Shown here: positions 24,201 to 36,200 of the stretch, piece after piece | Position numbering within the stretch: the stretch's first letter is position 1 | Layout: each line of letters begins with the position of its first letter | Assembly: GCA_963924565.1 (NCBI GenBank) | Contig: OZ004610.1 | Coordinates: forward strand, 13,640,001 to 13,704,000 | Direction: 5' to 3' | DNA length: 64,000 nt | From: Ascidiella aspersa | Taxonomy: Eukaryota | Notes under the pieces: model-generated | Told to the model about the DNA's origin: nothing | Seen by the model: the letters and a program-made list of their open reading frames with translations, nothing else | Database searches by the model: none | Program-made: the position numbers and the translations under genes

Positions 24201-27200
24201 GGTAGATGAAGGCCTTGTTGGTGATCACTTGCAACAGATCGCTGCACAGGCGGACAGAAGAGAAATGTTAAGGTGAATGCGGCGAAATTTTTAACGGGTG
24301 TATGAAGAGGTTGCGGTTTGACACACAACGATCGAAAATGCATCAGTTTGATTCTGATTAATCGGATAAAGTGACTTTAGTGCTCTTTTTACACGGCTGA
24401 ACAATTTAAGTGCCGTTATAGTAAGTGGGTAACCTTTGTGAGTCTGTTTTACCAATGTGTCCTCACTCATATTTATATAGTTAAGGCTGGGGTTATAGGT
24501 TACGGTAACCTTAACTATACCATTTACTAATATACCAAAACAGAAGTTATACAACCATTGACTGCCAGGTAATTATTAAACGACCTTATAACCCGTTTTG
24601 TAAGCATAGGATAACTCAAAAGATCGGCCACATAATAGAACTATAAATGTTTTAATATTTATCTCTTTTATCGGGCAATAACATTGAACACTTCGTTTAA
24701 AAGCATATTTTCACAAACGTTTGGCAAATTTCATGTTCGGGAATCTTTACGAGGGCTTGTTAATTGTTATCATAATAATTTATCATCTATTCCAGTGGTT
24801 CTCAACCGGGGTGCTGCGGCGCCCTGGTGTGCCATTTCTAATGCTCAAGGGTGTCGATATGTATTTAACAATTTATAAGAAGAAATTTTAAGATTTTTTT
24901 CGGCTTAATTGGTAAGCTTCTTGATACTACTATTTGTGTACGATTAGAGGCCATTATATCAAATGACATTTTCCCACATGTTTTAAGTTGACTGCGTTGT
25001 TCCAGTTCCATTTATAGTGACATTTCAGTAGAATACCCAACGAAAATTCCAGTGGGTGCCGAAAATCTATTTACTATATTTGAAGGGTGCCGTAAGCCAT
25101 AAAACGTTGAGAATCACTGATCTATTCACAAGCAGGCTACCTGACAAATTTCTCCACCAGGCCGCAATTGGGCCAAGTGGGCAGCGCCTTCTCAGCGTCC
25201 CTGTCGCGTACCGGGGAGTCCCCGATACCATCTAGCCTGAGGTCGTCGCGATGCAGCGGAATCGACTGCTCCTTGTTCAGCCGTTGCACGTGAGGGGAAG
25301 CCCCGTGCCCTTCCGAGAAAACAGAAAAACGTTTGTAAGAAAATCAAATCCAATACAGAAGTAGGTATCATTTTGAACGTTTCGAATAACTCTTTATTCA
25401 TTTAAAAACATAGCTATGTTAAAAATGAATAAAGCGTTAGTCGAAACGTTCAAAATTATACACATGCTGATATTCTTATTACGTCGTACTACAACCTCCA
25501 ACCATTATGCTCCAAAGATTAACGTTTGATTGTGCTAAAATCGATCTAAACGAGGAAAAGGTGTCTTTGTTTGAGCTGTTGCTGCTATAGGCATTATAAT
25601 GTTAATTGAAATAGAATTGTCGGCAATTATATAGTTGTGAGACAATGTTTGATACAATCTTTAATGTTTAGTGCAGCGTTTAGTTGCGTTCAGAAACATT
25701 TACTGTGATGAGGGCGACCCATACATGATGTCGAAACATCGAAGAAGCCCATAAATTAGGTTGGGCAAAAAGATATTCCCCAGGGTTAGAACATAAGTTC
25801 ATATCATACCAAGTATAGCCGGAAAAACAACACGTATTTCGAAATGTGTCAAGCATATATATTATATACTCTACACTACGACAAATGCTGAAAAAATACA
25901 TATACACATCACGTTGGTAGGGAATATAAAAATGACCTAAACAGTAAATCAATCACCAACTATCTGATACTTTCAGACTGAGATCCTACTTTAATTGTCA
26001 AATCCGCACGTACGGAAAGCAAGAAAATAAATATGAGTCTAGATTAGTCCAACAAAATAGTTTTATCAAAGGATTTTTTGTGAAGTGACAATGTCTTCTG
26101 TTATCAAAAAAACTCACGAATTTGACAAGATTCCTCATCATCAAGACCAGGAGCGCGCCCCTTACTGCCTACAGTGGCCATCAGCGAATCGTCCCTGTTG
26201 CTGCTGTACTGCTGGCCCTTTATAACAAACGCAAATATGTAGGATGTTAACTCACAAACTGATTATAATATACTTTTCTATACTTTCTCTTTGGTATGTA
26301 AATATATATGTATAACGAAATTCAACATAATGCGTGTACATAAAACATCAAAACCTAAACATTGCTGAAAAAATAAATACCAATAACATGAATCTAAATT
26401 GACATAACACGCCTAAGGGGACGTGTCAAAATACCTTATGAACTTATTAATTGCAGGTATATTTGATGACAATGTAAATACAGGGGAGAACGAACGCTTT
26501 TCCATGGGAAATGCTTTAAACGGTGGTCAAATTTTGACGCAACCGTTGTGCAATGACAAGCCGAGAAAAACAGAATCGCGGACAATGGACGGGCCTAATA
26601 AACACAGCACGACAGGAGACAGGGGAATAGGCGCGAAAATCGATACGCGTATGCGGTGGATTGCTATCTGGGCGCGTCCAACGCGAAATCGCATCACAGC
26701 ATCGTAGCAGGTCCCTAATCTGTCACCTTGATGTCGACCATGGTAAGCTTCCGTGTAAAGGTGCTCGGCAGCTTGCGAGGATACCCCAGAACAGGAATGG
26801 CCAGCACAAAGATCACGGCAGCGCTGATCATGAAGCCGACCCACCACGCTCCCACCCACTGGGGGCTTTCCGGGGTGATGCCGGGGCTGTGACGTGCAAA
26901 TGCAAGTGTGTATTTCGTGTGACAGCGCACGGGTGTGCAGGTTATTTTACACTATGCTATTTATACATTTTCTATACATTTTCGTGAAAGCGGATTGGAA
27001 CTGTGAATCAAATATGTTACTTTGTATCCTGTCAACATATTGATGTGCGTGCCAATTGCGATGTACAGGGACTTTTACACTTCTATGTACAAAAAAAGTA
27101 CATATGCATAAATAGAACTTGAAATCTAAAAATAAAATATAAAACAGTAGATCTATTAGTTCAATCGTGCAAGTTGTATGTATGTTCAACTCGCTGTGAA

Positions 27201-30200
27201 CAGAATAGTGGCTCTTAAACAAGGACCTAGTATCTTTCAACATCTAGTACGTTTAGATCAGCTATACACCTTAACTTGGTTGCGCCTTCGGCAAAATCAA
27301 ATTCGATATGACGCAACACTTTTGTCTTGTTCTTTTCAATTCGATAAAAAAAGAGTGATGCAGGTTTCACCTCGTTTTTTTATTCTGACACGATCATGGT
27401 TTGAAAATTGCTTTAAAATCGTTCGATGCTTTAAGATTTCATTCATGACGTAAATTGCGCAAACCAAGTATCTCGATATGTCACTAACAGTAGGGTTGCC
27501 TTTTGATAGTCAGATTTCATTTTAGTTTAACGTCACTTCGTAGAGCAACTTAAAACCTTTAGAGATGAGAAAAATGACAACCGGACCAAATCAGATTGGT
27601 CCCGAAATACCCACAACACTTGTTTTGGCGCCAACGCGTAAAAAGGCTTGTCGTCGTTTCTTAAAAGGCAGGCCGAAACGTTATAGTGGTTTAGTTGAAA
27701 CGGCAAATTTAACAGTGTGAAGTTTCCTTTTTCGATTAGTTTTGTACTGTGATAAATCCCACCACTGTCAATAGAAAGATAATACTTACACTACGTCAAT
27801 TTCGGTAAAGACCTTCAGCAGTTGTCCACCCAAAATGAAGCCTAGAGCTGGTCCTATTAACGCTCCCATGTAGTAGAAACCTGTGAAAAGTACAAAATAG
27901 CCTGTTATTTTAATTTTAAACGTTTTATGTATTGTTTGTCCCATTTTTCTCAGAAGCAAAATAATGTCTTTGTTCTTTGATTATATCAAACACTTGTAAA
28001 TTACGCCTTATTCACAAACTGCATTAGTCATTTTAATACATTTGAAACATTGGTTGATTAAATCGTAATTAGGTAGTATAGATATTTCCCGGAAGATTAG
28101 TAAATTGCCTATAGGCAGTAAAGGGGTATATTTACTTATTGCTTAAATTCTATACAATTTACGTGCCGCAATTTAGTGTGCGAGAACTCAACATGAAGTG
28201 CTACGAGAGTAGTAAACGAATGGCAGCAACCTTACTCTGGGGAGTCAAATACCTTGGAGGGTGGTTTTATTTTGTGGCAACGTAATCTGCCAAGTAAACA
28301 TTTCCCGTGAACTGTTCTCTGTCGCCACTCAACGACATTAAAACTTGTTATTGTACTGGACCATACAAGGGTTTCCTAACAACTAAAGAACAACTATCTA
28401 AGGCAGGAACTTGAGAGGTTTTCATTAGCTGCGAAATCTATTTTCGTCGAGTCTGAACAGAAACTTTAGCACTCGACAACTTTTGACAAACTAAAAGAAG
28501 TACAGTATATATTGCAACAAACAAAAATATACAAAAAGTAGGTAATTATTTAGCGTTAGGATGTAATCGCGATATGCTAGTTACTCTACAAAAGTGAATC
28601 TTGAAGGAACTTAAAAACTTTTTAATTGTTTTGTATTGCGTTTGCAACAAAACACTATACGGCACAAAGGCGTGCTATAGTCAAGTATACTAATTCATTA
28701 TTTCAAGTAAAAGAGGATAAAAAGGTACAAGAACAAGACAACTCTATGCAAAGCACTTTTCAAAAACAAAGAGCTATATTAAGGCGATAATTGCTTAGGT
28801 AATTTCCGCTTATTTCCATTGAACGATGATGATGGAAGCTTTGGCATATTGCGCCAGAGTGTTTCCACTTTTTGTCGCATTTAATATATTTATAGACGTA
28901 TTCAAACAATGTTTTGAGAAAGAAGCAATGCATTTGGGACAGCGTCATGCATAGAATCTCGTCGTTTTTTAGCGCTGTTAATAAATGGTGCCAATGTTGT
29001 TGGTTTGTAGCAGTGATTAGCATACCGCGAATTATTGCCAGGTGGTTTAAAACGTATTTCCGTTTCCGTTTGGCAATAGCAGGCCGCGAGCACAATTAGT
29101 GGCGTTCGCATCTAAAACACATCTACAAAGGAAGGTATGCACAAGACGCCATTAGAATAATAGCATCTTCCGTTTGCGACGTTGAGAAATAGTATAAATA
29201 AGTTTGAATTTATCTAATGATCAATGACGTCACGCAGTTTCCTTAATTTTTGTCTTGCTTAGAACCGATCGCAATAAAAAAAACTAACATTAAGGAAATT
29301 CTGCAGGCAGCGATCCAAACACAATTTTGGGTCGCGGTTAATAGATTGATAAACGCTGCATTAATGTGATATAAATGATATTTAACAGTATCCAAGTGCG
29401 ATATTGTTTTTTAATAGCCTGTAAAAGTAAAAACCTGAATAACAATACATACACACAAACAAAACGCAGCGATTAGCACAACGCTTTCTTATTTGCGCTA
29501 ACTTTGATGTCAATTCAAACTCACTCCTCAAACCGCAGCCAGGAGCAACGCTTGAGGACTCTAACAGCATCGCGACACATCTAGAAGTTATTTAATCTTT
29601 AGACAATCGACGCCCACGCCAAATGGCATCTTGGTCGGCGCGAAAGGTTAGATAAATGCGAGGTTAGAAATCAACCGGGTAAATTGATTTGGTCAAGTGG
29701 CGTAGGTTTGTTTGAAACCTACAATTCCTATTAAATTCGCAAACTCAGGCGAGACACAAGCACAATTGTCTTGCATGATGGCAAGCAAAATTCTATAACA
29801 ATAGCAAAGTTTAAACATAGTTTGGGACAGCTGTAGATGGTAAACCACCAATCGGATCAATCACAACAGATTAACCCTTAAATATGACTTTCAGACATCA
29901 TGGCGGGTAGCATTTGGTGTACAACAAATCAGGTCCTCCTCAAAATTAGACAGCCGTTACCACCTATATGAGTAACCCAGCAAAAAATAGGTTTGGTTCA
30001 TGATACAAATACTAACGTAAAATGTAGAGCTTTGGCTGATTCACTAGTGTTTACCTGACAATGGCATCTGTATTTTTTAAACCCTATAGGTGCAATTCTA
30101 GCCTATTATTTTTCTTGTAGTTGCTACTTTAGACGGGGTAATTACGTGAGTATAACGTCTATCAAACGAGATCATCATTTAAGAAACGTTTCCTTTATAA

Positions 30201-33200
30201 AAAGAGATCTATCACACCAAAAAGCTAACATTTACACAACATTTAGCCACTCAAAATACAACTGAAGAAATTCGTGTGATCGTGATAGCAGTGGCTGTTG
30301 TTGACTTAAAATAAAAACAAAGATGAAATAAGAAAATCACAAAAGTTCCTTATTTGGAGAACTGTTCTGTAATGTCTTGTTCGTGCGCAAAACACTTAAT
30401 TTGCTCAGGCAACAGTGGTTCCGCCCAAAACAGAAACTGTATAAACAAGTTTCTCCCATCCTTAAATGTAGAACACTTGGCGAAAGGTCGACATCGTTCA
30501 GACGGGCGTTGGGAAAAGGCACTTGATATTGACGCACTACGGCGACAACAGGACGAGAAACAGTCCCCCACTTAAAACAGTCGTTTTTTGCGCCTAGAGT
30601 GGGGTTGGCGCGATTTGATTTCGGACGTTTTGGCCAGGAGTAACATCGCCGGCGAACAAGAGTTGACGAATTTACACGAAACAAATCAAATAATGGCCAC
30701 ATGACTGTTTTATGTTAAGAGTGACTAAAATATCGTCAGAAATGCAAAAATATCGTCGGAAAACTCTCATGGCCTTGTAATCATCCGAAAAAATCACCGT
30801 GTAAAACCAACCACTGCTAAATTAAAGTACACCTACACGAAAAACGGTGTTCAGTGCATTGCGTCACTGCTCAGGCTATATCAGCTGATTTAATGTTAAT
30901 CCACATAACCGTGTAATCACATAGGCCGAGTCCCCAGAGTCAACATGCGAACATACATCCTAAAAGCATTTTTTTTAAACCTGAGGCGGGAACATAGTGC
31001 GACAGTTGGACTGCCCAAAAACAACTTGCGCAAAATACCCCGTCTGAAAACGCGTGACGTGTTATTTGGAGGTTTTGACCGAGAGTAACCTTAACCCGGC
31101 ACTCTCAATTGGTTTTGAATGAGAGTTTGGTCCTATCGAATAGCCGAATTCCATATCCTGCTCGTATGCCGCCAACCGTTATAGGAAACGTAGAGTCGTA
31201 CACTAGCTAAAGGCAGCTTTGCAGTTGCATTTCACCGTCACTGAAATTTGAGGATATGCGATTCAAAGCAACAAAGTAAAACAATTTAAATTTAAACCGT
31301 AGAATAATTATACTCTTTTCCAACGCGTAAGAAATCGTAAATTCCTGTAAAAATTACCTTGATTTGAACTTTATTATAAACTGAAATTAATGCTACTTTG
31401 TTTGGCCGTTTTCGACCATGTTTGTGTGTACACGTGCTGGCGGACTGCGACTTTTTACGACGATACTGGGAAACGACGCATTTAAAAGTAGAGATATGCT
31501 ACGTGGCGGAAACCAACAAAAAGTTTACAACTACATTCTCACACGTTGCACCGCTACATTTCAGTAGACAAGTCAAATTTTATGATGGCACTTAAATTTT
31601 TCAGCCTCGATAGTATCAGGTTCCCCAACATTTCTAGCTGACTCCTAAAACCCTTACACAAGAAGGTCTTACATAAAGTTTGAAAATAACGGGGTGACCG
31701 TATAGTTTGGATTATAGGTTAAAAAACCATGCCACAGGTGTCCAAAAGCATATTAAATGTGGTGCGTGTAATGTGGGGGACGGGGGAAGATAAAAAAGGG
31801 GAAGGGGATTTCGTGAAAGGAAGTTTTACTTTTTTATCCTATATGAGAACACAATACAGTTTACCACGGTAAAAAGAGGTTGTATCCTGCGAATCGAAAC
31901 AAAACCTGAAATGCTTAGTAGGCAATGATAGCACAATTCAGTGTTCCTGTATTTACATCTTAATATTCATTTTTTGCTATACTTAAATCTCAATATCAGG
32001 ATCAGGCGGCCCCTTTTTCCATTCATTTAAGTGTCATATACCACCGGATATATTGTCAACAAAAAGGCCAGGTTGGTCGTTCGAGCTACAAAAATTGTCA
32101 ATTAGGTGAAGCTACTAAAATTGTCATAATGGGTGAAGGTTCAAAAAAGGCGTCATGAGACGTCTTCTTCTGAAGCAGCAAGGTGTGTAATACAAGGCTT
32201 TCCCTTGTCTTCGGAAAGTACGCAGACAGAAGGAAGGCGAGCGACCGCGACTAGACTGGGCGAAAAAACGTGATAGGAGCTACATATCGCGGCACACTAT
32301 CGGCGCAGTCAGCCATTAAATATTTCGTGCTTCAAGTTTTGGGTAAAAATTTGCTGGTTTGACGAATCCAACAAATAGCAAGTAGGTAAGCTTGCTGCGT
32401 TTTTACCAAGCGCCAAAAGCACCCAAGGCAATAAAAAATGCATTGACGGTAACTTGACAAAGATGAATCGTTTAAAAACGTAAGCTATTTATCAAAAGAA
32501 AAGCAACGGTTTTAGGTAATCTTTAGTTAGGGCGTAAAATCGAATTATATTAGAAAAACGTTTATACCAATAAACATAAATCGTTTCAATTGATAAACGC
32601 AACAATTTGTCTCGACAAGCGGCCTATTGCTTTCTGCAATGGGACTATTTCGCAACGCACACAAACGAAACTAGCACAACGCTTCGAGGCACAAAAAAAT
32701 GCGTGGGCTTTCAAGTGCGAAACAGGAGCGGGAGAGCTTAACCTTAGCAGCCGGTCTTTTGATCCGCTTACTATTAGGCATGTTCCAAAAATAAACTCTC
32801 GACTGTCGCAACCTATAGGCACGCCGAGGTAAACATGGCGCTGCAGTGTGTGGTATACATATTACATACTGTGGTAAACCAGTGGCATACCAGTCGATAG
32901 GAGTTGTATGAATTTGTTCTGGAGCGTGTAACGGTAAATCGCAGTTGACAGGCGCTGACGGCAGGCACAAGACTCTTGGCACATTGGTGTTAACATCCTG
33001 AGACGGGCATAGGCTTGCGTAAGCTGCAACAAACCATTCGCACATGGATCCAAAACACGGACCGTGGATTTTCCTAATTTTCTTTCGTTCAGACGACTAC
33101 TTTGAAAAATCCCTTGAATCATTTAAAGACGACGAGACAGGACAAGGAAGGCGACAAAGCCACCACTTGACATTTACAGGCTCGTTCGCCGTTTACGAAT

Positions 33201-36200
33201 GTAACGGAACGGTGCAAGTTGAAATCGATCGCGATAAACCAATTAGATAGCCTATCGACGTGACCATGGCAGTACAAGCACACTCCCCTGACCTGCGCTA
33301 ACAAGCACGCGTAACACCAATTCGCAAGGCGGCAATCACAAGGCCTCTTAGGGAATCAGTACTCGAGTTTCCTCAATCCAAAAACCTCAAAGTGTGACAG
33401 TGACTTTGATAGAGTTACGCCAAGGCGGAAATGTCTCCAAAGGTGCGAACATCAAAGTCAACATTTCCTGTAAGACGCTTACCTATGGACAAGGGTGTGA
33501 TTGAAATGCTTTAATTGGTGCGCTAAGGCAATAATACAGGCCAAAATGTTACAGTGCATTTGATGACGCGACTTTTGGTCCTCGTCCAAGGCAAGAGGAT
33601 GTATCTCTCTAAAGTCTAAAAGCTGTATCTGCACGAAGGGCGTCGTACCACTTGCAAATTGGGTCAACGCATGTTCGCCTGAAATCAGTGTATGTTAGTT
33701 ATTTGGTTCACTGAATTGGTCGAACGTATGGTGGAACTAAGTATCAAACGTAAAACTTGGGATGTTCGGACATAAGGTCGAGTAGTTTGTAGTTTCTTGC
33801 AAAAAGGCTCAGTAACAAATGTAAAAATGGGGGAAATTCGGACTTAAAAAGGTCAGTGTTGTTATGGTCACTTACGCTTTTAATGGGGTTTAAATAAAAG
33901 TACAACCTATTGACACTGCGCTGCGCCCCTTTGAAAGGGAATAGCGGTATGATTTACGACCGTGGACGACCCTGTTGCGTAAGGCGTCGCATGAAATTGG
34001 TTTTACGCGATGTCGTTGCGCGCCTATATGATGGACGCAGTTACAGCTTGTCGGCAATCGGATCACGTGACTTCCTGCTGCGATTGGGGCCAACTGGAAT
34101 CGCGTACGATCGAATGACCAAGTGTGACCCTTGGTCAGTTTGTAGGTTCAATGCTACAAAGAGATAACGGGCGCTTGGGAAAGTAGTGAACCGACTGACT
34201 GACTGATTGATTGATTAACTAGCCATCTAAATGTGCAAGCTTACAAAGGCACCACATAACAAAGCAGGTAGCGAAGGGTTGACAGCACGCTTGCTCGGGT
34301 CAACGCTCTGCAGTCATTTCCCTGCAAACAAGCCAGCACACGATTTGAGCGAGGTCCAAGAAGCAAAGCTAACAACCTCAGTTCATGCAAATTGCCCAAT
34401 GTTGCACTGAGCGAGATCAATTTAAAAGCTCAACTTTGTTATAGTTTTATATACTTGGAGTCAAGCAACCGGTGGCTAGCGATAAATCGTACTAATCAAG
34501 CTGGTATTTGCTGCGGAAGTGCCACGTTACAACATCGGACAGCAGAACGTTTGTCATTATCGAAATGCTATTTGATGCGTATTGGCAATGCCGTTTGACT
34601 GATAGAAAGCTAATCCATAAATATTACACACATACAGCGTCAGACGGATACACAATGAACAACAAATCCGGCACTCGAAACTCGTTTTACTTGACTGCAA
34701 ACAGCACGCGGTAGCCCTGACTCTAAAAACGTTTAATATATGTTTCAAGCGGGAAGCGGGAAGCGGGACCGATGGCACGCAATATCCATTTAAGTGCATT
34801 CCAACGCAAAATTTCGACTAGCGCATTCATTCAGTCGGTTTTGTCAGTATAAATATTGGTCTTTTTAAATCAGGTGTTGGGAGTGACGCAAATAATACCA
34901 TCGCATTTGTTTTTATACTTGCAAACAACTTGACTATGCAATTAGCACAATAAACCACTTGCTACTGTAAACGCGAAAACAGAGTGAAAAGGGTGTAGCC
35001 TACAATGGCTTGTAAGCCAAACAATCTATCCAAGGAGCACAAGAGGAACCAATACACGGATAAATAAAGAACTTCAGCCGATTTGTACAACATAATTTCA
35101 GCGTTTTTCAGTAGGGTTGACAAAAGAGGTGGCACAGGGCTAATTTACTTTGTCTTGAGGTGTATTTAATTGCACGACGGTGCGTCCTAGCTTGTCGTTT
35201 TATCGACAAGTGTAAAGAGTTTAATCTTTCCTCTTGTCAGCAGATTACCGATTTAATCGGAGGTCACTGACCTTTCTGGTGGGCACATTAACAGCACCTA
35301 CAGCATTGGGTGGGCATATTTTGAAAATTTGTTGGCGCCTTTCTTTACGGCAGAAAATAGATTGGAAAAAAACACCTTATTACCTTATTAGGAACGTTTT
35401 GTTACGTTACTGGGTTTACACTTTACATGGCCACTTTGACGACGCCTCTCTTGTACTTATGTCATTTAAAGGGTATTTCATTTGAAAATGACTATGTACA
35501 ACAGAAAACACTTTTAAAGCTGCTCAGAACTTTGATGCGCTATACATGGTCGTACTAGTCACCAATGGAGGTAACTTTTACATTCAAAACCATTGTTGAA
35601 CATTTCGGTTAGGCGCCAAAATAGTCAGCCAAATTTTAGCGGTGAACACTAGGCTACATGGTAGTAATAGTCGTAGTCTAACAACGTTGCCCAAGGGCAC
35701 GAGGATGACTGCTATTTTTGGCAAGCGGAGGGATGCAGTTGGCGCCAAACAGATGGACCGAAATTTGTACAAAACGTGCACAAAAAGTTGCTCTGAAAAT
35801 ATTTGAGTCTCATTTGAAACTGGTAAAAACAGTTGTGATAAAATTTGAGTAACATTGTATAGGTGGTTTCTTCTTTATTATAGTAAGGAATCGTTCAAGC
35901 ACAAATAAATGTCATAATAAGAATGAATTTTACCAAAAATATTAAAACAAATTAACAAAAATTATTTTCAGAGCAACTACTTTCGTTTTTAATAGCCCAG
36001 AACTTACCAATATACATAGGATAGACTTGAGGGTCGACGCTTTCATCGATAAAAACAACACCGAGTACTGACAGAGGAGTACATCCAATTCCGGAGAGGA
36101 ACTGACCAAACAAAAACACATACTTCATCTGGTTGATAGAAACATATGACACAGCCATTCTTGTAACATCCTGGCATTCAACTGCAATAAATTAATCATT

